64,000 bases of DNA, taken from the NCBI GenBank assembly GCA_002353275.1, contig DEJH01000026.1, forward strand, positions 4,122 to 68,121. The letters run 5' to 3'. Numbering within the stretch: position 1 is the first letter of the stretch; every line of letters starts with the position of its first letter. The position numbers were made by a program, and so were the translations under genes. The stretch comes from Bacillales bacterium UBA2753. GTDB lineage: Bacteria > Bacillota_I > Bacilli_A > RFN20 > CAG-826. This document shows positions 17,984 through 26,135 of this stretch, one piece after another. Below the pieces are notes generated by a model. That model saw only the letters and a program-made list of their open reading frames with translations. It was not told where the DNA came from and ran no database searches.

Positions 17984-20179
17984 TTATTTTCTTTTCTTTC
18001 TTAATAGTAGTAGTGTTGTGCCACTCATCAATATAATTGAAGCCACAACGATAACTATTATATATGTTTGATTAGAATTGTAAACATTTTCAATATGAAT
18101 TGAAACAAATGCATAATTGGTTTCAAATGGATATTCATCTAAATTTGCTTTTGCCCAGGCAAGATATCGACTAAGGGCATTAGTATATTTATTGCCTTCA
18201 TTATTTTCGAAAGATTCAACGTACTGACTCTCTAAAGAAAGAAGAGCTTTTTTAGCGTTCACATATGTATTTTGAGAGATACATAATCCTGTACCTTGAC
18301 CAGAATAATTAGGGTCATCCATGTGCATATATCCATCAATCCAAGTTTGAATTGGATCGACATCGCTACTACCTTGTGAGACAACAGTTATATATGAAAG
18401 ATAAACTCTTTTCTTGCTGGAAATTGTGATTGTTGAAATGTTTTGACCAGAAAGAGTTACTTCTTTTTCACTTAAATCGGCTTCAGCACTTACAGATTGT
18501 TTAGAATCTACATTAGTTTCAATATAGAGAGTTGGATCATCAGAAGTATTGTATCTTTTAACACCGACTTTTATTTTGCTAGCGGCTACTTTTGCAGAAT
18601 CTGCTAAGTTAATTGTAAATTTGCCAATAACCGAACTCGATCCTAACTTCAATCCTGTTTTACCTTGATAGACTTTAGAAGAATTAGAAATTGAAGAAAC
18701 GTTTTCTGCACCTGAGGCAATTAAATTTTTAATGTTATTATCGCTTGTTTCTCCTGAGGCATCGCTAGTAGCATCTTTGAATTTAATCGTGTAGTCTTGG
18801 GATACAACATTATTGACAGTAATTCCAGGTATGGTAATTGAGAATTCACCTAAGGTGCCAACCACACTTCCTGTTCCATATGTTAATGGAGAAGGCGACC
18901 AAGTGACTTGGCTAGTAACTACTTCAAAAGAACCACTAACATATGTAGCTCTGACTGTTAAACCAGTAGGATCAAAATTCTCTCCAGCGTTATATGTATT
19001 TTTTGATGGAGCTCCGATATAAGTTAATCCATTCATTTTATCGATAGTTAAACCACTTACTGTAACTTGAAGTGAATCCCCTCCAAAAGAGTAGGTACCA
19101 ATAACACTAGCAGAAGTTACTGGTGTCCAAGTCACTGAAGAGGTGACGTTTGAATTTGTGTTATCGTCAAAAAAAGCAGTAACAGTTAGTCCGTTTGGAT
19201 TAAAAGAGGTGCCCTCTTTATATGTAGTTTGAGTTGGAGAGCCAGTAAGAACTAAATTTGTTAATTTTTTCGGCTCGACAATTGGCTCGTTTTTAAAGAC
19301 CGCTCTAGCATATTCTGGATGATCGATATATGGATTACGATTATGTTGAAAATCTTCATAAATTAATTGATTTCTATGACTTTCAAAATTGTCGACTGGG
19401 TCTAATTCATGCCAGTTAAGAAGAGTATCTAAATATCCCCATTTTCCTCCAGTAGAATCGGTTCCAGTTGTTAAGGTTAAATTTGCATCACTTCCATCCG
19501 CATTATAATAGCGGGTAGCCATGTAAAATAAGGCTCTAGCAACATCGCCTTTATATTCATCAGCAGGTTCAAATGTTGAGCCACTAAATTTGCATTCAGA
19601 TTTTGTGCCATAGTGGTTTTCAGTATATGAACCCCCATTAGCGAATGGATGATTACTTCTTGTATTGTTTAACTTTTCATCACTTGCTCTTAAGTGGTGG
19701 AGGTCTTCATATGCGGTTCCTGATTTATTTGCACTGACCCCATTAATTCTTGCCCATATATGTTCTTTATTCCATATATAGCCAGAACTAACTCCTCCAT
19801 TAGAACCACCTCCGTGAAAGTGATTAAAATCGCTTCTTTTACTCGTGTCATTATTATAGTCAGCATATAAAAGCCACATGATTGGGTTCTCATCGTTTGG
19901 ATCAGGAGAAACCTCCCAGTTACGATCTGTGTATTTCATATCGTGCTCGAGAGTGTTATAACTTCTTCTAGTGTGACCTTTGATTATGTTATAAAGCGCA
20001 ACTTTCAAAGTATCACCTTTCATATTGGAGGTGATGTTTTTGTAATAATCCTCTACTGAAACAGGAGTGAAATCAGCTTTCACTTCATTTACTTTATTAG
20101 GAGTGATATTCGATAACGACGCTAAACTGAGACCGGCGAAAATTATTGTCCCGGCGATAATGAGAAACTTATTTTTCAT
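17984..20179 (-). CDS. surface-anchored endonuclease I-family nuclease with Ig-like repeats
   Basis: N-terminal signal peptide. Endonuclease I motifs NKEHIWA, DLHHLRASD..NNTRSN, GDVARALFYM and NRNPYIDHPEY. There are two tandem Ig-like repeats (TYKEGTSFNPNGLTVTA / TYNAGENFDPTGLTVRA) and a C-terminal TM helix plus KKRK. Confidence 0.8.
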   Translation of the reverse strand: MKNKFLIIAGTIIFAGLSLASLSNITPNKVNEVKADFTPVSVEDYYKNITSNMKGDTLKVALYNIIKGHTRRSYNTLEHDMKYTDRNWEVSPDPNDENPIMWLLYADYNNDTSKRSDFNHFHGGGSNGGVSSGYIWNKEHIWARINGVSANKSGTAYEDLHHLRASDEKLNNTRSNHPFANGGSYTENHYGTKSECKFSGSTFEPADEYKGDVARALFYMATRYYNADGSDANLTLTTGTDSTGGKWGYLDTLLNWHELDPVDNFESHRNQLIYEDFQHNRNPYIDHPEYARAVFKNEPIVEPKKLTNLVLTGSPTQTTYKEGTSFNPNGLTVTAFFDDNTNSNVTSSVTWTPVTSASVIGTYSFGGDSLQVTVSGLTIDKMNGLTYIGAPSKNTYNAGENFDPTGLTVRATYVSGSFEVVTSQVTWSPSPLTYGTGSVVGTLGEFSITIPGITVNNVVSQDYTIKFKDATSDASGETSDNNIKNLIASGAENVSSISNSSKVYQGKTGLKLGSSSVIGKFTINLADSAKVAASKIKVGVKRYNTSDDPTLYIETNVDSKQSVSAEADLSEKEVTLSGQNISTITISSKKRVYLSYITVVSQGSSDVDPIQTWIDGYMHMDDPNYSGQGTGLCISQNTYVNAKKALLSLESQYVESFENNEGNKYTNALSRYLAWAKANLDEYPFETNYAFVSIHIENVYNSNQTYIIVIVVASIILMSGTTLLLLRKKRK

Positions 20180-20267
20180 ATCTTTTAGTACCTAGTTATT
20201 ATACCATTTAAAAAATATTTTTAAAGTGTAGCAAAAACATCGATTACAACTAAATATAAAAAAAGTA

Positions 20268-20297
20268 TTAACATTTTCTAAAAAGACAATTATAATT
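20268..20297 (+). promoter_or_regulatory. candidate sigma-70 promoter
   Basis: TTAACA-N18-TATAAT about 30 nt upstream of the ATG at 20329. Confidence 0.35.
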
Positions 20298-20328
20298 GTT
20301 GCGTTAATTAACAAAGGAGAACGTTAAA

Positions 20329-20562
20329 ATGACATTTGATAAATGGTTCGAAAAACAAAGCAAACTCGTTAAAGTTATTCTCTTATTGATCCCATTCGTT
20401 GGTTGGGTTTGCGAAATCCTTGTTAGAGTTTCTGCACTCTTAAGAAAAACCTCAACCCTCAACCTCATCGGTTTATTGGTCTTTGGTTTCTTCGGAGCAG
20501 TCTTACAATTCGTTGACTTATTTGCTGAAATTCTTACCGACAAATTACTCTTACTCGAATAA
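20329..20562 (+). CDS. small two-TM membrane protein, unknown function
   Basis: 77-aa ORF with an AAAGGAGAA SD and two hydrophobic helices. Confidence 0.55.
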   Translation: MTFDKWFEKQSKLVKVILLLIPFVGWVCEILVRVSALLRKTSTLNLIGLLVFGFFGAVLQFVDLFAEILTDKLLLLE

Positions 20563-20583
20563 TTTTAGGAAAAAGAGAAAAAT

Positions 20584-20607
20584 ACACTCGTTCGCGAGTG
20601 TTTTTTT
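20584..20607 (+). terminator. intrinsic terminator
   Basis: ACACTCG-TTCG-CGAGTGT hairpin followed by TTTTTTT. Confidence 0.75.
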
Positions 20608-20611
20608 GTGT

Positions 20612-20636
20612 TAAAAAAAAGAAACCCATTAGGGTT
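20612..20636 (-). terminator. intrinsic terminator of the 74-aa gene
   Basis: AACCC-TAAT-GGGTT hairpin followed on the minus strand by TCTTTTTTTT. Confidence 0.65.
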
Positions 20637-20639
20637 ATC

Positions 20640-20864
20640 TTACATAGCGATTCTTTGAATTCTGAATCGATTGTCGTAGTCAGAAACGTATTCGATATTA
20701 TGGATGTCGTTATTGACGTAATATTCCTCTTCTACTCTCAAGTTATCATTATGTTTTTGATAGTAAGAGAAGATATAGTCAATCGCTTCACTTCTAGAGG
20801 AGAAAGCTTGATTATAGATTTTCACTTTCCCATTGATGATCGCTGTAAGCATGTACTTTTTCAT
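20640..20864 (-). CDS. 74-aa hypothetical protein
   Basis: Internal ATG at 20864 is preceded by a perfect AAGGAGGT SD. The longer 97-aa ORF start has none. No family recognised. Confidence 0.55.
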   Translation of the reverse strand: MKKYMLTAIINGKVKIYNQAFSSRSEAIDYIFSYYQKHNDNLRVEEEYYVNNDIHNIEYVSDYDNRFRIQRIAM

Positions 20865-20869
20865 TGATA

Positions 20870-20917
20870 TACCTCCTTCTTTTTGCCTTTTATAGTCTTG
20901 CTTAGGACTAGGAGGTA
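20870..20917 (-). promoter_or_regulatory. SD-sequestering hairpin in the 5' UTR of the 74-aa gene
   Basis: On the mRNA, TACCTCCT (20917-20910) is the exact complement of the SD AGGAGGTA (20877-20870), with a 32-nt loop. Confidence 0.4.
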
Positions 20918-20933
20918 AACTTACTAGCAGCAC

Positions 20934-20964
20934 ATTATAATAGTCTTATTTTTGACTAAGTCAA
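20934..20964 (-). promoter_or_regulatory. candidate promoter with 13-bp palindrome over the -35
   Basis: Minus strand has TTGACT (20964-20959) and TATAAT (20939-20934), or TATTAT with a 16-nt spacer. The perfect palindrome TTGACT-A/T-AGTCAA spans 20952-20964. Confidence 0.4.
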
Positions 20965-20970
20965 GAGGTG

Positions 20971-20999
20971 AAAAGAAAAAAGACGCATTTTGTGCGTCT
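20971..20999 (-). terminator. intrinsic terminator immediately after the antitoxin gene
   Basis: AGACGCA/TGCGTCT stem touching the TGA stop, followed on the minus strand by TTTTTCTTTT. Confidence 0.7.
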
Positions 21000-21247
21000 C
21001 ATTTGAAGAAGGACAAGTCCTTTGCAACAATTTTTCCATCTTTGATGTCGCGTATTGCTTTTTCTAACATCTCGATGTACTCCTTGTTGTGAAGTCTTTT
21101 TTGCATATCGTTGTAGTCTTCGACAGACATAAGAACTACATTCTTTTCTCCTTTACGAGTAACAACGATAACTTCGCTTTCGTCACAGGCTTTGTCACAA
21201 TAAGATTTTAATGAATTTCTCAAGGTTGAATAATTAACTGCTAACAT
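20999..21247 (-). CDS. Phd/YefM-family type II antitoxin (solitary)
   Basis: 82 aa. The opening MLAVNYSTLRNSL...VIVVTRKGEKNVVLMSVEDYN is the canonical Phd/YefM N-terminal fold signature. GGAGGT SD. Confidence 0.8.
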   Translation of the reverse strand: MLAVNYSTLRNSLKSYCDKACDESEVIVVTRKGEKNVVLMSVEDYNDMQKRLHNKEYIEMLEKAIRDIKDGKIVAKDLSFFK

Positions 21248-21267
21248 TAATTTTTACCTCCGAAATT

Positions 21268-21296
21268 ATTGTATGGCAAAAAAACAAGTTGTGCAA
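21268..21296 (-). promoter_or_regulatory. candidate promoter of the antitoxin gene
   Basis: Minus strand TTGCAC-N17-TACAAT, partly overlapping the rbsK terminator. Confidence 0.35.
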
Positions 21297-21308
21297 TTTA
21301 TTGTACAA
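21278..21308 (-). terminator. intrinsic terminator after rbsK
   Basis: TTGTACAA-TAAA-TTGCACAA imperfect hairpin (7 of 8 pairs) starting right after the stop, followed by CTTGTTTTTTT on the minus strand. Confidence 0.55.
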
Positions 21309-22190
21309 TTATTTAATTTCGTTTTTATGAGGCAAAGCGATAATCGCTCCTTTTCTTGTTACAGTTATAGAAGAACATAAAGAGGCAAATTCCATTGCTT
21401 CTTTTACATCTTTTCCTTCAGAGAGTTTGTTAACAAAGGCTCCAATATATGAATCTCCAGCTGCAGTAGTGTCTATCGCATTAACTTTATGAGGTTTAGC
21501 TTCATACATCTCTTTTTTATTCACTAAGATTGAACCTTTTTCTCCTAAAGTAACGATGACATTCTTACATCCTTTACTTAGTAAGATTCTTGCTCCTCTT
21601 AATACTTCTTTTGAATTACTAAGAGCTTCTAATTCGTGTTCGTTAGGGATGAGGTAATCGATATATTGATATATTTCTTCACTTACCTTTTTAATTGGGG
21701 CAGGATTAACAACCACTAACATGCCTTTTTCTTTTGCGAATTTGATTGAATATTCAATCGTTTCAATTGGACCTTCAAATTGAGTGAGGAAAATATCTCC
21801 TTTAGTAAATAAGTCTTCATTATCTTTAATGTCATTAATGGTTAAATCATTATTCGCTCCTTGAACGATTAAGATTCTATTTTCTGCATTCTTCTCTTCT
21901 AAGATGATAAAGGCTACTCCTGTTGGCTCTTTACTAACTTTTAGTCTTGTATCTAATCCTTTTTCCCATAGGAAGGTTTTCACTCTATGACCATTATGAT
22001 CATCTCCAACCGCCCCAATAAAGGAGACTTCACTTCCTAAAAATAAAGCGGCACAAGCTTGATTAGCACCTTTACCACCAATATTTTGGAAATAGCTATC
22101 CGCAATAGTGGTAGTGCCTTTAGTTGGAAGAAGTTGAGTGAAAATGGTGTTATCAATGGCAATAGAGCCAATAACTAGGATGTGTTTCAT
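21309..22190 (-). CDS. rbsK: ribokinase
   Basis: NIGGKGANQA and DTTAAGDSYIGAF PfkB/ribokinase signatures. Start moved to MKHILVIGS (ATG 22190), which shares one base with the upstream TAA and has an AGGAGA SD. Confidence 0.85.
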   Translation of the reverse strand: MKHILVIGSIAIDNTIFTQLLPTKGTTTIADSYFQNIGGKGANQACAALFLGSEVSFIGAVGDDHNGHRVKTFLWEKGLDTRLKVSKEPTGVAFIILEEKNAENRILIVQGANNDLTINDIKDNEDLFTKGDIFLTQFEGPIETIEYSIKFAKEKGMLVVVNPAPIKKVSEEIYQYIDYLIPNEHELEALSNSKEVLRGARILLSKGCKNVIVTLGEKGSILVNKKEMYEAKPHKVNAIDTTAAGDSYIGAFVNKLSEGKDVKEAMEFASLCSSITVTRKGAIIALPHKNEIK

Positions 22191-23107
22191 TATTTGCATC
22201 TCCTTAAATGGTCGAAAATAATCTCCCAATATTTATCTATATCTACTGATGTTGCGACTTTACAGTTAGTTATAGTGGATTTTTTGCATCTTGTTTGTCC
22301 GGCTTTTTCGCTTTCTGATGTATCGATTTCCACTAACATATCTTCAAAAGTGAAGACAGTTGGATCAATTAAAGAAATAATAGTGGCAGGATCATGAAGT
22401 GGTCCAGCTTCTAAAGAGAAGAAACTTCTTTGGTTTTCATTAAAGACCTTCATTAATTTAACAAATAAATCACTTCCTTTAGTGTTTATTTTGCTTGCTT
22501 CCTCTACTATTTTTTCTCTAACTAAAATTTTTCTTGTTACATTTAATCCAAGCATTCTTAATGGGACACCACTTTTAAAACAGATATCAGCTGCTTCAGG
22601 GTCCACTAAAATGTTGAACTCAGAGTATTCGGTGATATTTCCTTTTCCAGTGCTTCCACCCATTAAAACTATTTCATCTATGTGTTTAAGTATTTCCCTA
22701 TTATGTAAGATTGCTTTAGCAAGATTAGTCATTGGTCCAGTAGTAACAACTGTTACATGTTCATTACTAAGTAAAGTGTCAATTATTAGTTGATACCCTT
22801 CTCTAGAATCATACTTCTCTTCATAATTAGGAAAAATAAATCCATCTAATCCACTTTCTCCATGGATTTCAGGACAAATCATAACTTTTCTTTTTAATGG
22901 AGTAGGGCTTCCCTTTGCTAAAGGAACATTCTTGTTAAAGAAATTAAGTAAATTAAGGGCGTTCTTACTAGTTTTCTCAATTGTTTGATTACCACTAGAA
23001 GTAGTAACAGCGAGTAAATTCAATTTATCAGAGTAACAAGAAAGAAGTAGGGCAATCGCATCATCATGCCCTGGATCACAATCTAAAATAATATTTATTT
23101 TTGACAT
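22190..23107 (-). CDS. inosine/uridine-preferring nucleoside hydrolase
   Basis: N-terminal IILDCDPGHDDAIAL (DxDxxxDD) fingerprint. 305 aa. Confidence 0.85.
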   Translation of the reverse strand: MSKINIILDCDPGHDDAIALLLSCYSDKLNLLAVTTSSGNQTIEKTSKNALNLLNFFNKNVPLAKGSPTPLKRKVMICPEIHGESGLDGFIFPNYEEKYDSREGYQLIIDTLLSNEHVTVVTTGPMTNLAKAILHNREILKHIDEIVLMGGSTGKGNITEYSEFNILVDPEAADICFKSGVPLRMLGLNVTRKILVREKIVEEASKINTKGSDLFVKLMKVFNENQRSFFSLEAGPLHDPATIISLIDPTVFTFEDMLVEIDTSESEKAGQTRCKKSTITNCKVATSVDIDKYWEIIFDHLRRCK

Positions 23108-23111
23108 CTAC

Positions 23112-23912
23112 TTATATTTTATATTTTTTCTTGTAGATTTTTAATAAGTTCTCAATTAATGATAATCGGGTTAATAAACCTACTCCACCAGGAACCGGGG
23201 TTTGTAATCTTACTGGTAAATTCGGTTTAGCGTCACCATGAAGTCCAGTTTCATCTCGAGAAATACCAACATCAACAATGACAGCGTCTTTTTTATATTC
23301 ATAACTTTCATCTAAATAGCCTTGTTTACCAATAGCAATAACAATGATATCAGCGTGTTTTACATAAAAATGCATGTCTTCTTTACTGGTTTTTGAGTGG
23401 ACAACAGTGACATTACAGTTTTCTTTCAAAAGAAGTTTCGCCATTGGTTTACCAACAATATTACTTCTTCCCATCACTAAAGCGTTTTTACCCTGTAAAA
23501 GGATGTTCTCAGCGTGAAGATAATCAATAATTCCTTGCGGAGTGCATGGATTAAGTTGACTTAATGGATGAAAACCATCGACATCTTTTTCTGGAGAAAT
23601 TGCGTTTTTAATCTTCTCCTCATTAATATGTTTTGGTAGAGGCATTTGGACGATAAAAGCGTCTACTTTATTATCCTTATTTAATATATTAATAATATTA
23701 AGGAGTTCTTCTTCAGTAGTGGAAGTTGGTAATTTCTTAAGTTCAGCATTTATTCCAAGTTCACTCGCGTCTTTAAGTTTTCCTTTAACGTAAGCATTAC
23801 TAGCGACATCGTCATTAACTTGGACAATAACTAAAAATGGTTTAATAGCTAAACCACTTACATATTCTTTTATCTCTTCTTTTCGTTTAGATACGAATTC
23901 TTTAATGGTCAT
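23112..23912 (-). CDS. folD: bifunctional methylenetetrahydrofolate dehydrogenase/cyclohydrolase
   Basis: 266 aa with YVKGKLK, VVHSKT and PGGVG motifs. ATGA overlap with the upstream gene. Confidence 0.9.
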   Translation of the reverse strand: MTIKEFVSKRKEEIKEYVSGLAIKPFLVIVQVNDDVASNAYVKGKLKDASELGINAELKKLPTSTTEEELLNIINILNKDNKVDAFIVQMPLPKHINEEKIKNAISPEKDVDGFHPLSQLNPCTPQGIIDYLHAENILLQGKNALVMGRSNIVGKPMAKLLLKENCNVTVVHSKTSKEDMHFYVKHADIIVIAIGKQGYLDESYEYKKDAVIVDVGISRDETGLHGDAKPNLPVRLQTPVPGGVGLLTRLSLIENLLKIYKKKYKI

Positions 23913-24388
23913 TTTTTGATTTTGATTTCGACATCTTGTCCTTCAAAATGGCGAAGCTTGATGCCCGCTAAATCGAGCATTTTCTTGCTCGCTCTAATTC
24001 CGGTAGTGGATTCGTATTTATTGTCTAAATAAACGACTTCTTTAATTCCGGTTTGAATGATTGCTTTAGCGCATTCATTACATGGGAAAAGAGTAACATA
24101 TAAAGTTGCCCCTTTAAGAGTGCCACCAACTTGAGTGTTTAAAATTGCATTAAATTCAGCGTGGCAGACATATAAATATTTGGAATCTAAATCTTCTCCT
24201 TTATTCCAAGAGAGTTGATCTTCATCTAATTGACGAGGCATTCCGTTATAACCAATAGAAATAACTTTGTTATCTGGACTAACGATAACCGCCCCAACTT
24301 TAGTGTTCGGGTCTTTACTTCTTAACGCGGAAAGAACCGCCATTCCCATAAAATATTCGTCCCAAGAGATATTGTTATATTTTTTCAT
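23909..24388 (-). CDS. comEB: dCMP deaminase (ComEB-type)
   Basis: HAEFNAI and PCNECAK zinc motifs. 159 aa. Confidence 0.85.
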   Translation of the reverse strand: MKKYNNISWDEYFMGMAVLSALRSKDPNTKVGAVIVSPDNKVISIGYNGMPRQLDEDQLSWNKGEDLDSKYLYVCHAEFNAILNTQVGGTLKGATLYVTLFPCNECAKAIIQTGIKEVVYLDNKYESTTGIRASKKMLDLAGIKLRHFEGQDVEIKIKK

Positions 24389-24422
24389 GTGTTCTATTGT
24401 AGCAAATAAATTGCTAAATAGG

Positions 24423-24428
24423 TATAAT
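24423..24428 (+). promoter_or_regulatory. -10 box (TATAAT) placed 7 nt before the nrdG ATG
   Basis: TATAAT at 24423-24428 and ATG at 24436. There is an in-frame TAA at 24415-24417 and no SD at normal spacing. Confidence 0.3.
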
Positions 24429-24435
24429 TCTTTAC

Positions 24436-25128
24436 ATGGAATTCGTTAGCATTAATAAATTAACTTTGCTTGATTATCCTGAAAAGGTTGCTTGTGTCTT
24501 ATACACCCCTACATGTAATTTTGCCTGTCCATATTGTCATAACTGGGAAACATTAATCAAAGAAAATCTTCCACCTTTAGATTTTGAAAATGATATTATC
24601 TCCTTCTTAAAGAAAAGACTTGGAATTCTTGATGGAGTGGTTATTTCTGGTGGGGAGCCAACTTTAATGAAAGAACTTCCAGAAAAGATCAAAACCATTA
24701 AAGAACTTGGCTATTTAGTAAAATTAGACACGAATGGATCTAATCCAAAGATGCTAAAAGAACTCATTGAAAATAAGTTGATTGATTATGTAGCGATGGA
24801 CATCAAACATTCGTTTAATAAATATTACGACATTATTGTTAACCGTAATATTGATCTCAAAGACTTAGAAGAATCAATTAATATTCTAAAAGAAAATAAA
24901 GTCGATTATGAATTTAGAATTACTCTAATTGAAGAATACCATGATAAAGAATCAATTTATGAAATTGGTAAGTTATTAGAAGGAAGTAAAAGAATATTCC
25001 TTCAGCAATATAAGCTCTCTGATGGAGTGAGCAATAAATCTTTACATGCGGTTAAAGAAGAAACCGCCAGAGAATATCAAAAGATATTAGAAGAATATAT
25101 CGAAGAGGTTGAACTCAGAGGATATTAG
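24436..25128 (+). CDS. nrdG: anaerobic ribonucleotide reductase activating radical-SAM protein
   Basis: CNFACPYCHN radical-SAM cluster motif and GGEPTL. 230 aa. Confidence 0.85.
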   Translation: MEFVSINKLTLLDYPEKVACVLYTPTCNFACPYCHNWETLIKENLPPLDFENDIISFLKKRLGILDGVVISGGEPTLMKELPEKIKTIKELGYLVKLDTNGSNPKMLKELIENKLIDYVAMDIKHSFNKYYDIIVNRNIDLKDLEESINILKENKVDYEFRITLIEEYHDKESIYEIGKLLEGSKRIFLQQYKLSDGVSNKSLHAVKEETAREYQKILEEYIEEVELRGY

Positions 25129-25180
25129 AAGCAAATCAAACTTTTGGGTCTCACTTCAATTACCTCCATAAAAATTGTAA

Positions 25181-25212
25181 GAAAAAAGAAAACCCCTTTC
25201 TAACGAAAGAGG
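25181..25212 (-). terminator. intrinsic terminator after the trxB-like gene
   Basis: CCTCTTTC-GTTA-GAAAGGGG hairpin (one mismatch) followed on the minus strand by TTTTCTTTTTT. Confidence 0.6.
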
Positions 25213-25223
25213 TAATAATTTTA

Positions 25224-26135
25224 TCAGAAGTGACTGTTGAGATATTTAACAGCGCTCATAGCGGCAACCGCACCATCATTACAAGCAGTGATAACTTGCT
25301 TGTTTTCTTTTTTGCGGGTGTCTCCAGCAGCGAATAATCCTTCAACTCCTGTTTCCATGAGTTCGTTTGTTTCGATAAAGCCGTGGTCTAACTTAACTAA
25401 GCCAGTTAAAAATTCGTTTTGAGGAACTTGTCCAATCGCGATGAATAAGTTATTGGTTTTATAAACAACTTTTTCATGAGTGATGGTGTCTTCAAATTCT
25501 GCGCTTTCAAGCTCATCTGTTCCGACTAATTTTTTTAAAGAAAGGTTATGTCTAATATCAATGTTTTCAGTTTGAAGAACTCGATCGATAAGAATCTTAT
25601 CTCCAAAGAGTTTATCAAAGAGGGTCAACATATGAACTTTTGGACAATATCCTGATAAAAGTAGAGCATATTGTAAAGCGGTATTTGCGTCTCCCACTAA
25701 ATAGATTTCTTTCCCTTTATAGAATGGTCCATCGCAGACAGCGCAATAGGAGATACCTTTACCAGTTAATTCCTCTTCATTAGGGATACCCATCTTACGA
25801 GGTTTAACCCCGTTAGCGATAATTACGCTTTTAGCGAGATATTCACTATAATCGGTTTTAACGATGAATAGGCCTTCTTCTTTTTTGATTTCTTGAACAT
25901 TTTCAAGTTCGAAGTTAGCGCCTAAATCAGTGATTTGTTCAAATAGACGATCACTCCATTCACTTCCAGAAATGGAAGAGATGGTTGGATAATTCTCTAG
26001 TCGAGGAGAGGTGGCGATTTGACCGCCAAACCCTTCCTTTTCTAAGACCATAACGGATTTACCACTTCTTAAGGCATATAGGGCGGCTGTCATTCCAGCA
26101 GGGCCACCTCCAACGATAAGAACGTCGTATTCCAT
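25224..26135 (-). CDS. thioredoxin reductase-like flavoprotein lacking the canonical NADPH-binding motifs
   Basis: FAD motif VGGGPAG and redox disulfide CAVCDG are present. The positions of GGGNTA and HRRxxxR in E. coli-type TrxR read GDANTA and TLFDKLFG. The start shares a base with the nrdD stop (TAATG). Confidence 0.75.
   Translation of the reverse strand: MEYDVLIVGGGPAGMTAALYALRSGKSVMVLEKEGFGGQIATSPRLENYPTISSISGSEWSDRLFEQITDLGANFELENVQEIKKEEGLFIVKTDYSEYLAKSVIIANGVKPRKMGIPNEEELTGKGISYCAVCDGPFYKGKEIYLVGDANTALQYALLLSGYCPKVHMLTLFDKLFGDKILIDRVLQTENIDIRHNLSLKKLVGTDELESAEFEDTITHEKVVYKTNNLFIAIGQVPQNEFLTGLVKLDHGFIETNELMETGVEGLFAAGDTRKKENKQVITACNDGAVAAMSAVKYLNSHF

Noticed and set aside
20598-20867. 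An 89-aa plus-strand ORF and the 97-aa extended form of the minus-strand ORF at 20640-20933.
   Set aside because: The plus ORF runs through two terminators and lacks an SD. The extended minus form lacks an SD, whereas the internal ATG at 20864 has a perfect one.
20910-20917. Plus-strand AGGAGGTA at 20910-20917, which looks like an SD for an unannotated plus-strand gene.
   Set aside because: No start codon follows within 5-12 nt. It is better explained as the complement of the anti-SD element of the minus-strand mRNA.
21289-21308. Tandem TTGTGCAA / TTGTACAA octamers upstream of the Phd/YefM gene, which could be antitoxin operator sites.
   Set aside because: They form the stem of a hairpin that starts right after the rbsK stop and is followed by a T-run on the minus strand. 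An intrinsic terminator is therefore the simpler reading, though a dual role cannot be excluded.
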